Positions 8,128 through 17,358 of a stretch of DNA of 64,000 nucleotides are shown in pieces. Within the stretch, counting starts at the first letter, position 1; each line of letters begins with the position of its first letter. The notes under the pieces are model-generated. The model ran no database searches and was not told the DNA's origin. It saw only the letters and a list, made by a program, of their open reading frames with translations. The translations under genes and the position numbers were made by a program. Source of the DNA: Longimicrobiales bacterium (GTDB lineage Bacteria > Gemmatimonadota > Gemmatimonadetes > Longimicrobiales > Gaopeijiaceae); contig OZ241892.1 of the NCBI GenBank assembly GCA_965203485.1, positions 512,001 through 576,000 of the forward strand, given 5' to 3'.

Positions 8128-8688
8128 TCAGACCTCCCCGTGCATCTCTTCCAGCCAAGACATGACCCGATCAAGTTCTTCTCGGCTGTGTTCCACAAAG
8201 CGTCCCTCCTCGCTCTCTTCGCTCAGTGTGCGGCTGATGTAATAGCCGACGGTGCCGTTTTCTTCCGTGCCGATCTCGACCCTGCCGTATCCACTCCGCC
8301 AGATGATGCAGATCTCCCACGCCTCGTCGGCGTAGACCTCGTCGGGTTGCTTCCATGCGTCACGCAACCCCAGCAACGCAGCGATGCGATTCCTGTTGAT
8401 CTCAATCTGCGGCATGATCCCTCCCTTGACTTGGGCCGCTCGCAAGGTGTCGGCGTCGATTGTGTCCAGGATCTCTCGCGTCGTCTTGGCTTCCTGTCCG
8501 CTACCACTCGTGTCAATTCCTCCAAGACCTTTCTCATCTATCTGCCATGTAGTGGCATTTCCAAGTGCTACGGTAGTGTCTTCTTCCTGTCTGGGCGGTG
8601 ACAAACGACTTGATCCTCGCCTTGCTACGTAGCGTCCGTGTCTCAATCCCACGTCGGGTACTGATGCGATCATCCCGGCCGTGGTCAT
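8128..8688 (-). CDS. Hypothetical protein, putative antitoxin
   Basis: ATGA overlap with the upstream gene; low-complexity N-terminus; C-terminal P..V..D....I.WRS...VEI..E.NG.V.YY beta-rich domain. Confidence 0.6.
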   Translation of the reverse strand: MTTAGMIASVPDVGLRHGRYVARRGSSRLSPPRQEEDTTVALGNATTWQIDEKGLGGIDTSGSGQEAKTTREILDTIDADTLRAAQVKGGIMPQIEINRNRIAALLGLRDAWKQPDEVYADEAWEICIIWRSGYGRVEIGTEENGTVGYYISRTLSEESEEGRFVEHSREELDRVMSWLEEMHGEV

Positions 8689-9530
8689 ATCTGCCCTCCC
8701 GGTTGATTCATTCCGATCCGCTTGGCGATGTCTTCGGTGACCAGGTTCCCGAACAATGCATGGATGCGTCGATGCAGTTTGTCGTATACAGCTCGGCCGT
8801 TGCTCTCGCTCTCATCGACAGAATGAATTTTCCCGAACGCCCTGTCGAGCCTCAGGCGCGCTGTTGTTTCTCGAAATCCCCAGATCGCGGTTGTCTCCAC
8901 CTTGACGATCGGACGGACCTTCTGTCCCTCCGCACGCAGTTCTGCCCCTATCTGAAACCGCTCCAGGATACGTTGCCCGTCGGGATCTTCAATCCACCCT
9001 TCCCCTATGTGCCACATCTTCGAATTCCCGGCTTTCGACGGTATCCGTTCTTCCCGGACTGCGAGCTTTGGATCGTAGGTGGCATCAGGGCCGTGCCAGA
9101 CGAACATGTCTTGGTAGGTGAGCCCAGCACTGCAAACCTGTGCGAGCGGATGGTCGTTCCCAAGAACCTTTCCTACGCTGGCAAACAGCTCGTAGGCCTT
9201 TTCGCTCACGCTCTTCCATCCCCCGTACTGAGCGCATCCGATTGTGATTGTCGGCCCGGCGACCTCCATCCACCACGCGGCCTGGCCCGTGCGCTTGAAT
9301 TCAACGTACTGCGTGGGCGCCAGCGGCTTTGGCCTGTCGTCCACAAGGGGCGTCGGGCCCACCGCGATCTCCATCACATGGCCACGCCTCACCGTCGGCA
9401 GCACGGCCTTCCAGTAGTTCTCGTAGCCTTCGTCCAGCTTCGCTCGCTCGTGCTCCGTCATCTCGCCACTTCCGGTGAGGCGGAAAATCACGGCCTCGAT
9501 GGCGTGATCTCGGTGCAACGGCTCAAACAT
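8685..9530 (-). CDS. TIGR04255-like family protein
   Basis: HAIEAVIFRL N-terminus, YGGWKSV, AGLTYQDMF, C-terminal LHRRIHALFGNLVTE..KRIGM; GGAGG upstream of the ATG. Confidence 0.7.
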   Translation of the reverse strand: MFEPLHRDHAIEAVIFRLTGSGEMTEHERAKLDEGYENYWKAVLPTVRRGHVMEIAVGPTPLVDDRPKPLAPTQYVEFKRTGQAAWWMEVAGPTITIGCAQYGGWKSVSEKAYELFASVGKVLGNDHPLAQVCSAGLTYQDMFVWHGPDATYDPKLAVREERIPSKAGNSKMWHIGEGWIEDPDGQRILERFQIGAELRAEGQKVRPIVKVETTAIWGFRETTARLRLDRAFGKIHSVDESESNGRAVYDKLHRRIHALFGNLVTEDIAKRIGMNQPGGQI

Positions 9531-9622
9531 GCTGGTACTGTCCTCCGGGTGCGTGCGTTTGGGCCTCGTCCGAGGCTTTGCGGCTCCTCTCGCCTACCTT
9601 CCGTCCGCATGCTCGTAGTGGC

Positions 9623-9651
9623 AATATGGAGTCAGGGCGCCTCGGGATCAA
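9623..9651 (-). promoter_or_regulatory. Putative sigma70 promoter for the defence operon
   Basis: TTGATC-N17-CATATT on the minus strand, ~90 nt upstream of the 9530 start. Confidence 0.55.
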
Positions 9652-9947
9652 CGGCCCAGCTCGTGTTCCGCGCCGGATCCGTCTTGCGGCCCATCGGTCG
9701 CCGACGCCTTTTCCGCTCGTCCGACGGGCGTGCCCTCGATCGGGGTGCCGCTGTCGCTGGAGGCGTCACCTTGCCCGGCATCCGCACGCGCGTCCGCGAA
9801 AAACCCGACGAGGGGTGAACGCATGGCCGCGACCGCACCCCAGGGTCGCTCCGGTCATGAGGCACGACGACGCCGGGGTTGCCCGTTTCGACTCCTTGCA
9901 CCGGTCCCTTGGCGTGGCCGCTCGCTCCCCGTGCCGCGCCCGAAGAA

Positions 9948-12830
9948 TCAGGCGTCCCGGCCCCTGCCGTCCCGAGAACCACCTTCCTCCTCCTTCTCCT
10001 CCGGCGCTTCCCAGAACGCCGCGTTCTCCGGCGCCGCTCCAGCCAAGGCCGCGCCGTACAGGGCCGCGTTGAAGAGGATGCGGAAGTTGCCGAAGGGCTG
10101 GCCGCGCCACTGGGGCCGCATCCCCAGCAGCACCACGCGCCCCTCTCCCATGGCGACGTCCAGCGCGGCGGCCTTGCCCCGAAGGCGCTTCTCGCCCAGC
10201 AGGTACCCGGACAGCAGGGGCGATCCGTCCGCGGCGTACTTGGCGAGCACCGATCCCTCGAAGCCCTCCTTGGTCGTGAACACGGGGCTTCGCTCGACTA
10301 CCACCATTGCTCGCTTCGGCATCCCCGACATCACCGGATGGGAGGGATCGACCTCCATCTCCACGATCGATCCGCTCATGAAGTACTCGGACGGCGCGAG
10401 CCCGGCCACCACGTCTTCCACGGGCAAGTGGAGATGGTCGATGGCGAAGAGGGCGGCGCTGTTGATCGCCACCAGCGTCCCGCCGGCGCGCACGAACCGG
10501 GCCAGCTCCCGGACGCCTCGCGGGCCGATACCGCCGGCGTACCGGGGCGGTACCGAGCCCTTTGCGAAGCCTTCGACGATCTGGTTCGCGCTCATGTCGG
10601 CCAGGACGATCACGTCGTAGCGCTCGCGCAGCCCGCCGGCCAGCACGTCGGCGTTTCGCAGGCTGGCGAACCCGAAATCGTAGGCTTCCAGCAACCAACG
10701 CGTCCAGCCTTCGTCCATGGACGGACGCCAGGGGCGGTAGAGGCCGATTCTGGGACGCTCCAACGCAACTGGATTGCCGCCGGTCTGCGCCGCATCGCTC
10801 GCTTGTACCCGGCCGCCAACGCCATCCGCGCGGCCGCCGCCGCCAATCCGCAGATGCAGTTCGCGAGCCAAGGCTGCCCGGGCGCTTCCCGGCAGGCCGC
10901 GTATCTCGTAGCGTCCCGAAGTCCCGCCTTCGCCGCCCTCGCCCGCGGCTCCCGGCACGAACCGCACCTGCCCCCCGGCGTCCCACGCTCGGTTGATCGC
11001 CTTGAACGCGTTGTTCTGGGCCGGGTCCGCGACCAGCGTCCCGCCGCTCCCCGCGTTGCTCTCCAGGGGCAGGATAGCCGCCGCCACCGGGTGACTGTTG
11101 AAGCCCACGCCCCGCGGCGAGTCGAAGGGCGCAGCGTCCACCTCGCGCGCCGCGTCCTCCGCACCCGCCGCGCCCCTCGCGTTCCCGGTGCCCCTCTCGG
11201 CTCCAGCGCCGCCGCCGCCCGTCTCCTCCCCGCCCGCGGGCCCGCCGTCCCAGCGCACCGGCTCGGCGGCCAGCTCGGCCAGCGCCGCCCGCACGCCCTC
11301 CGTCAGCGGCGACGCGGCCTCCACGACCCGCACGCCCATCAGGTACGGCAACGTCCAGCCCGAGACGTCGTAGGGCTGGTCCGGCGGCCCCTCGGGGTAC
11401 TGGCGCAAGTCCGGATATTCCTGCACCGCGAACAGCTGGCGCACGAAGTTGGCGAACTCCTGGTCCATCGGGATCACCCACGTGCCGGCCGAATGCGACA
11501 CCCCCTCGAACTCCACGGCCCCCTGCAACTGAAGGACCTCCACGCCGTTGAACGCCAGCCGCCGCAGCATCTCCACGGGCGCCACCGGGTCGCGCTGGTC
11601 TTGGGGCACGAAGTAGGCGTACGGCGGTCCGCTCTCGTACTGGGCGATCACGTCGCGCCCCGCCTGGTAGCGGTTGTACAGAATGTCGGTCCGGTACTTG
11701 GCCGCGAAGTCCAGCACCGAGATCGAAGCCGTGAGCATGTAGTCCACGGCGTCGCGCAGCCTCCACCAGCCTCCCTCCCAGGGACTGCTGTAGAGCGACT
11801 GGGGCCGCAGGTCGCGTGCGGTGCGGGGGAAGTCCGAAACGGTGTAGAAGTGCGGCGTGGCGTACCTGTACAGCGCGGCCTCGGTCAGGAACGACGCCAC
11901 GTTGTGGAAGTTGTTGGCGTGGTCCATGAAGCCGGGGTACCAGTTGTCGAAGCCGGTGCCCATGTGCGTGGCGCCCCGCTGGCCCCGCTCCTCCAGCGCC
12001 TGCGCCATGGACATGCCGATCAAGTTGACCGTGCGCCACATGAGCGGGTGCACGTGCGGCGAGATCGGCTCGGCGAACGGCGGAATCCAGATGCGGGTTG
12101 GGAAGGGCGAGCTCTGGTGGTGGTTGTAGAGGATTTGCGGCTCCCACTCCCGCACCACCCGCGTGACCATGCGCGACTCGATCTGGTTGATCATGTAGCC
12201 GTCGCGGTTGTTGTCGTGCCCGACGTACTTCTGGTAGAGGAACGGGATCGGCGCGACCTCGTACGGCGTGCCCAGGTTCGACCGGTACCACTCGGCCACC
12301 ATCGTCTGGCCGTCCGGGTTGATCGACGGCCACAGCAGGAGCACGACGTTGTCCAGGATTGCGCGGACCTCGGGATCGGCGTCGCCGGTCGCTAGGTCGT
12401 GCGCCAGCTGGATCGTGTGCTGTCCGTGCGCCACCTCGGTCGAGTGGAGGCCGCCGTCGATGTGCACGAAGGCACGTCCCTCGCCGGCCAGCGCGCGCGC
12501 TTCGGCGCCGGTGAGTCCCTTGGGATGGGCCAGCCGCAGCGAGATTTCCTTGTAGCGGTCGAGGTTCGCCAAGTTGTCGGCGCTGGACACGAGCGCGAGG
12601 TGGATGGGCCTGCCGAACGAAGTGCGCCCGACTTCGCGGAGTTCCACGCGGTCGCTCGCGGCGTCGAGCCGCCGGAAGTACTCGATCGACTCCTCGTAGG
12701 TGGCGAGGAAGAAGTCGTCGCCCACGCGGTGGCCCAGCACCGACTCGGGAGCTGGGACTTGGGCGCGGGCGCCGGAAGGGGCCGCAACGGCTGCCGCCGC
12801 CAAGCCGAGAAGAACGGCCGTGTTTCGCAT
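9948..12830 (-). CDS. Secreted M14 family zinc carboxypeptidase with C-terminal GATase-like domain
   Basis: Signal peptide MRNTAVLLGLAAAAVAAPSGARA; GLHSTE (HxxE), INPDG, DNNRD, NHHQ; DEGWTRW in the C-terminal domain. Confidence 0.88.
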   Translation of the reverse strand: MRNTAVLLGLAAAAVAAPSGARAQVPAPESVLGHRVGDDFFLATYEESIEYFRRLDAASDRVELREVGRTSFGRPIHLALVSSADNLANLDRYKEISLRLAHPKGLTGAEARALAGEGRAFVHIDGGLHSTEVAHGQHTIQLAHDLATGDADPEVRAILDNVVLLLWPSINPDGQTMVAEWYRSNLGTPYEVAPIPFLYQKYVGHDNNRDGYMINQIESRMVTRVVREWEPQILYNHHQSSPFPTRIWIPPFAEPISPHVHPLMWRTVNLIGMSMAQALEERGQRGATHMGTGFDNWYPGFMDHANNFHNVASFLTEAALYRYATPHFYTVSDFPRTARDLRPQSLYSSPWEGGWWRLRDAVDYMLTASISVLDFAAKYRTDILYNRYQAGRDVIAQYESGPPYAYFVPQDQRDPVAPVEMLRRLAFNGVEVLQLQGAVEFEGVSHSAGTWVIPMDQEFANFVRQLFAVQEYPDLRQYPEGPPDQPYDVSGWTLPYLMGVRVVEAASPLTEGVRAALAELAAEPVRWDGGPAGGEETGGGGAGAERGTGNARGAAGAEDAAREVDAAPFDSPRGVGFNSHPVAAAILPLESNAGSGGTLVADPAQNNAFKAINRAWDAGGQVRFVPGAAGEGGEGGTSGRYEIRGLPGSARAALARELHLRIGGGGRADGVGGRVQASDAAQTGGNPVALERPRIGLYRPWRPSMDEGWTRWLLEAYDFGFASLRNADVLAGGLRERYDVIVLADMSANQIVEGFAKGSVPPRYAGGIGPRGVRELARFVRAGGTLVAINSAALFAIDHLHLPVEDVVAGLAPSEYFMSGSIVEMEVDPSHPVMSGMPKRAMVVVERSPVFTTKEGFEGSVLAKYAADGSPLLSGYLLGEKRLRGKAAALDVAMGEGRVVLLGMRPQWRGQPFGNFRILFNAALYGAALAGAAPENAAFWEAPEEKEEEGGSRDGRGRDA

Positions 12831-12983
12831 GAGAAGTCCGTCCCGCCGCTGGTTGCGGTCGAAAGTGGCGGCGAAACGAGCCCGGATCGCCGGTGCGGCC
12901 GGCGCCCGCCATCTGGCCGCCGGCCGCACCATCGAGGTCCCGCCCGAAGCGCGAGGACAGGCTCGTGGCTCGTCCCTGCGTCT

Positions 12984-13739
12984 TCAGCGCGCTCCGATGC
13001 TGATTCCCACCCGGTACGTGATCAGGTTGGTCTCGCTCACCACGGGACTGAACTGAGGTCGCCCGCCGGGGCCCTCCCGCAAGTCGCCCTTGGTGAGATA
13101 TTCGGTCGTTCCATTGTGCTGGTACGAGGCCGACAAGTCCAGCGACACCGGGTGCTTGCCCCGCGACAGCCGCACCATCATCCCGCCGCCCGCCCGGAGC
13201 GAGAACTTGAGGTCGTCCAGGTTGGTGGTGGCCGCGAAGTCGTCCGACAGCAGTTGGGTGCCGCTGGCCGAGGACTCCGTGGCGAAGTAGGAGATGCCGA
13301 CCGTGCCGAACACGTACGGCCGCACCGGCCCGCTTCCCAGGACCAGTTGGGGCCCGGCGCCCGCCGACGCGATGTAGTTGGTCGTGCGCACCGTCACGTT
13401 CACGCGCTGGACCGTTGTGCTCAGCGGCGTCGTGAACGACTCCGATCCGTAGACGACGAAGCTGCCCTCCAGCCGGAGCGCGGCGTTTCGCCCTTCGTCC
13501 ATGTACAGGAGGAGCCCCGCTCCCCCTCCGCCGCCCAGGTTCACGAAGTCCTTGAAGGCTCCGATCGGATTTGCCAGGCTGCCGTGGAGGAAGAACTCAC
13601 CCCGCGGCAGGTCGTCGAGGTCGTAGTCGTCGTTGGAATTCTTGCCGGACTCCCAGTTCTGCGCCCAGCCGTTGTCGGCCGAGACGCCCAGCACGGTCGC
13701 GAGCGCAACCAGGAACCCGAGCTTGGACAAGCTCTTCAT
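12984..13739 (-). CDS. Outer membrane beta-barrel protein
   Basis: Signal peptide, amphipathic beta strands (VRPYVFGTVGISYF), terminal YRVGISIG; GGAGG upstream. The start could be 13748. Confidence 0.7.
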   Translation of the reverse strand: MKSLSKLGFLVALATVLGVSADNGWAQNWESGKNSNDDYDLDDLPRGEFFLHGSLANPIGAFKDFVNLGGGGGAGLLLYMDEGRNAALRLEGSFVVYGSESFTTPLSTTVQRVNVTVRTTNYIASAGAGPQLVLGSGPVRPYVFGTVGISYFATESSASGTQLLSDDFAATTNLDDLKFSLRAGGGMMVRLSRGKHPVSLDLSASYQHNGTTEYLTKGDLREGPGGRPQFSPVVSETNLITYRVGISIGAR

Positions 13740-13811
13740 GCTCTTCATTCCTCCCAAGTGTGCATGGTGATCGTGACTTCGGGGACAGGCGTCTCCCGTC
13801 CCTGTCTTATG

Positions 13812-15221
13812 CTACACCGGCGCCCGCCATTTGGTTCCACGCGCGTCGGTGCGGCCCGAGCGCGGTCCCCGCGCAACCGCCAGCTCCTCGAGCACGCCGG
13901 GGTCCGTCTCCCTGTCGGTCCTGTCGGCCAACGCTTCCGCCGCCGCCGGCGTGCCGATCCGCCCCAAGGCCCAGGCGGCGTGGGCGCGCACCAGCGGCGC
14001 CGAGTCCTCCAGCGCCTCGCGAAGCGCCGGCACGGCCTCTTCCGAGCCCCAGTTCCCCAACGCGATGCAGACGTTTCGCAACAGGCCGTTGCGCCCCGGC
14101 CGTTGCGCCGCCGACTCCGAGAACTCGCGCCTGAACCGTCTTCCCGACATCGTCAGCAGCCTCAGCGCGAGCCGGACCAGGGGTTCGCGGTCGAAGCCCG
14201 GGCGGGGCGCGTAGGCGGCATCGGTCCGGGGCGCCGAGAACTTGGCGTTCCATGGGCAGACCTCCTGGCAGATGTCGCAGCCGAACACCCGGTTCCCGAT
14301 TGCGGGCCGCAGGCCGCGCGGCACCGGGCCCTTGAGTTCGATCGTCAGGTACGAGATGCAGCGGGTCGCGTCCATGACGGGCGCGCCGGACTCGTCGCGA
14401 CCCAGAAGAGCGCCGGTCGGGCACGCGTCGAGGCAACGGCGGCAGGAGCCGCAGTGGTCTTCGGCAAAGGGGGCCGAGGCGGCCAGCGGCAGATCGGTGA
14501 GCAGGACGCCCAAGAAGAAGTACGAGCCCTTGCGGGGATGGATGAGCATCGTGTTCTTGCCGAACCAGCCGAGCCCGGCTCGTTGGGCCAGCTCCCGCTC
14601 CAGCAGCGGGCCGGTGTCGACGTAGGCGCGCCCCTCGAGGGACTGCCCGGTCTTGGCGCGGAGCCGGTCGGCGAGGGCATGAAGCCGCTCCGTCAGGACT
14701 CCGTGGTAGTCGAGGCCGCGCGCATAGCGGGCGACCAAGGCTTCGCCCGCCCGGCGTCCGCCTCGGCGCGGCGCCGGCGCCTCGCCCGCCGACCCGCCGG
14801 CATCCGGCTTCGGTGGCCGTTCTGCGCGCGCGCAGGATCGCGGAGCCGCGTCGCCGTCGCCCTCGCGAGTCGCGGGCCCTTCGGCGCAGGCGTAGGACTG
14901 CGCCACCACGATCGCGCTGCGAAACGCCGGTAGCGTGCGGGCCAAGTCGGCTCGCCGCGCCAGGGCGTCCGGCCGCGACAGGTAGGACATTCGACCATGC
15001 CGCCCGGCCCCGATCCAGCGGCGCAGGTGGGCCATGTGCGCACTCCTCCCCTCGGTGACCACGCCGGCCAAGTCGAATCCCAAGGCGTACGCTTCGGCGA
15101 GCGCCGCGCCGGTCGTGAGCGCCGTCTCGCCGGCGGGGCGGGCGGACCGCCCGGTCGCCCGCTCGGCCGAGACCAACCGGGCGCCCGAGCCCATGCGCTC
15201 GTCCAAGAAGCTCGCCGCCAC
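13812..15221 (-). CDS. queG: Epoxyqueuosine reductase
   Basis: VARYARG.DYH, YVDTGPLLER, GWFGKN, CGSCRRCLDACPT, CISYLTIE, GCDICQEVCPWN, C-terminal HEAT repeats. Confidence 0.95.
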   Translation of the reverse strand: MAASFLDERMGSGARLVSAERATGRSARPAGETALTTGAALAEAYALGFDLAGVVTEGRSAHMAHLRRWIGAGRHGRMSYLSRPDALARRADLARTLPAFRSAIVVAQSYACAEGPATREGDGDAAPRSCARAERPPKPDAGGSAGEAPAPRRGGRRAGEALVARYARGLDYHGVLTERLHALADRLRAKTGQSLEGRAYVDTGPLLERELAQRAGLGWFGKNTMLIHPRKGSYFFLGVLLTDLPLAASAPFAEDHCGSCRRCLDACPTGALLGRDESGAPVMDATRCISYLTIELKGPVPRGLRPAIGNRVFGCDICQEVCPWNAKFSAPRTDAAYAPRPGFDREPLVRLALRLLTMSGRRFRREFSESAAQRPGRNGLLRNVCIALGNWGSEEAVPALREALEDSAPLVRAHAAWALGRIGTPAAAEALADRTDRETDPGVLEELAVARGPRSGRTDARGTKWRAPV

Positions 15222-15230
15222 GTAGGGGCC

Positions 15231-16379
15231 CTACGTCGGCGCCTGGAAGTCTCGGCCCTTCCAAGTGACGTGCGAGCGGCGCAGGGCGCTACGGGCCACC
15301 ATGCCCCAAACGACGGCCGTGGCGACCGGGTATATCAGCCCAAGCCACGGCCTGCGGTTCATGGCCCACGAAACTCCGCCCCACATTGCGGCGCTGGCCA
15401 CGTACGCGATCCCGGCCCACGCCGCGGCGGGACCTGCCGCGTACCCTGCCGCGCCGGCCAGCAACACGGTGCCCGGAAGCATCCAGAACAGCGGATAGCC
15501 GATCAGCACGCTCGCCAGCAGCAGGCGCCCGCCAACCGGCCCGAAGGTCTGCCGGGCGCCGATGCTCAGGTTCTTCGTCCAACCCCCAACGATCTCGCCG
15601 AACGACTGGTACATTCGCGCCGACAGCCCGTCCCAGTCTTCGCGCACGGAGACGCGGCGTCCCTCGCGAGCGAACATCTGAGCGAGCTTCAGGTCTTCGA
15701 CGACCGCGTCCCGGACCGCCTCGTGCCCGCCGACCGCCTCGTACGCCGACCGCCTGACCAGCACGTAATGCCCAACGGCGACCGCCCGGCGCCACTGCCG
15801 TTGCGGCACGGGCCGGTCCAGCCGGGGGAACGCCTGCAGCAGCATGAAGAACACGTGGGGCTGGACCAGACGCTCCCAGAAGCCCTCCATTTCCTGGCGT
15901 CCCGCGACCGATACCATGTCCGCGTCGTCCTCCTCCATGGCGGCCGCGGCCCTGGCCAGCGCACCGGCCTCGTGCCACGTGTCGGCATCGACGAACAGCA
16001 GCCATTCCCCGTGCGCAACCGCCACCCCTTGGTGGCATGCCCACGGCTTGCCCACCCACCCGGGCGGCACCGGGCGGCCGTTCACGACCCGGATGTCCTT
16101 GGCCCGCCCCCGGTCCGTCGCCCGGACGAGGGCGCCCGTGCCGTCGTCCGACTCGTCGTCCACGACGATCAGTTCGAAGTCGTCCCAACGGGACTGGGCC
16201 AACGAACCGACGCACCGCTCGATGTTTCGCGCTTCGTTGCGAGCGGGCACGATCACCGAAACGAACGGGCCTGGCGCTTCCCGCCTGGGGACGGGCCGGG
16301 GCCGTTTCAGGCGAAGCGCCTGCACGGCCAAGCCCGCGACCCAGAACCCCGCGAGCGCCATGGCGACCGGCCAAGTCAT
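15231..16379 (-). CDS. Family 2 glycosyltransferase, membrane-bound (CrtQ/CruG-like)
   Basis: VSVIVPARNE, VDDESDDGT, GWVGKPWAC, FVDAD, VVEDL, RMY...GWTKN; TM helices at both ends. Confidence 0.85.
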   Translation of the reverse strand: MTWPVAMALAGFWVAGLAVQALRLKRPRPVPRREAPGPFVSVIVPARNEARNIERCVGSLAQSRWDDFELIVVDDESDDGTGALVRATDRGRAKDIRVVNGRPVPPGWVGKPWACHQGVAVAHGEWLLFVDADTWHEAGALARAAAAMEEDDADMVSVAGRQEMEGFWERLVQPHVFFMLLQAFPRLDRPVPQRQWRRAVAVGHYVLVRRSAYEAVGGHEAVRDAVVEDLKLAQMFAREGRRVSVREDWDGLSARMYQSFGEIVGGWTKNLSIGARQTFGPVGGRLLLASVLIGYPLFWMLPGTVLLAGAAGYAAGPAAAWAGIAYVASAAMWGGVSWAMNRRPWLGLIYPVATAVVWGMVARSALRRSHVTWKGRDFQAPT

Positions 16380-16428
16380 GGGCACGCCTTGCGTTCGTCC
16401 ACACCGTTGCTCCCGGCGAAGGCGGCGA

Positions 16429-16501
16429 CTCCCGCGGCAGGACTCGAACCTGCGACCCGACGGTTAACAGCCGTCTGCTCTACCAGCTGAGCTACGCGGG
16501 A
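16429..16501 (-). tRNA. tRNA-Asn(GTT)
   Basis: TCCCGCGTAGCTCAGCTGGTAGAGCAGACGGCT-GTT-AACCGTCGGGTCGCAGGTTCGAGTCCTGCCGCGGGAG; cloverleaf; CCA not encoded. Confidence 0.97.
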
Positions 16502-16528
16502 TTCCACTGCGCCAAGCGCAGAGGTCGA

Positions 16529-16557
16529 ACAATCGCGGCTCCCTCGGCGGGCGTCAA
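16529..16557 (-). promoter_or_regulatory. Putative sigma70 promoter of tRNA-Asn
   Basis: TTGACG-N17-GATTGT, 27 nt upstream of the tRNA. Confidence 0.5.
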
Positions 16558-16717
16558 TCCCGCGCCGACCCGCCTCCGAGGCCGACCGGCCCGCCCGGAG
16601 CCAACCGCCTGCAAGCGCTTGCCCCGCCGCACCTGCGCTGCCCATAGATTACGAGGCGGCCGGCGACGGTCGGCGGGACCGGCCGCTTCTCTCATGAATG
16701 AAGGCGTGGGTCCGGAG

Positions 16718-17227
16718 ATGAATCGCTTCAAGCAGAGGGCGGCAACGGCGATCGTTGCCATCCTAGTGGCCGCATGCGGCATCCGCACGCGCTCTTCCTT
16801 GCCCGACGCCAACGCGGGCACCATCATCACGGCCGCCGAGATCGCGCGCAGCGAGGCGACGACGATGTGGGAGGCGCTTCAGCGGACCGTTCGCCATGTC
16901 CGTTTCGAAGAAGCGGGCAACGGCAAGCCCGTGCGCGCGCACCGGCGGGGCGCGTCCAGCATCGTCGTGGTCGAGGAGATCCCCGTCTTCATAGACCGCG
17001 TGCGCGTTCCCAACCTCTCCGTGCTCGCCTCGCTCCCGGCCGGGAGCATCTCGCGGATCCAGGTCCTCACCGGAATCCATGCGACCACCCTCTACGGCAC
17101 CAACGCCGGCGACGGCGTCATTCTGATCCACACGCGTGAGGGCGCCGACCCTCCCAGCGCGGGCCCGGCCGGCGCGAGTCGCCCAAGCACGCCCGTCTCC
17201 CCCGGCCCGGGCCCGCGCCACACGTAG
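16718..17227 (+). CDS. TonB-dependent receptor plug-domain-only lipoprotein
   Basis: Lipobox VAAC; IITAAEI, PVFIDRV, ISRIQVL...ATTLYGTNAGDGVILIHTR plug motif; no barrel. Confidence 0.8.
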   Translation: MNRFKQRAATAIVAILVAACGIRTRSSLPDANAGTIITAAEIARSEATTMWEALQRTVRHVRFEEAGNGKPVRAHRRGASSIVVVEEIPVFIDRVRVPNLSVLASLPAGSISRIQVLTGIHATTLYGTNAGDGVILIHTREGADPPSAGPAGASRPSTPVSPGPGPRHT

Positions 17228-17358
17228 CCGGTTCCATCCGAAGGGCGCGCCCGAGTCGGTCCAAGCACGCCATCTCCCTCGGTCGCCGGCCCCGACCCGC
17301 CCGACGAACAGGGGGCGCCCCGCCATCGCGGCGAGACGCCCCCTGGGGCGACCTGCGC

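Noticed and set aside
8598..9818. 406-aa plus-strand ORF
   Set aside because: Antisense shadow of the TIGR04255-like gene, which has the SD, promoter and family motifs.
16429..16501. tRNA-Asn as the integration site of the defence island
   Set aside because: No integrase, no duplicated tRNA 3' end seen, and housekeeping genes lie between the tRNA and the island.
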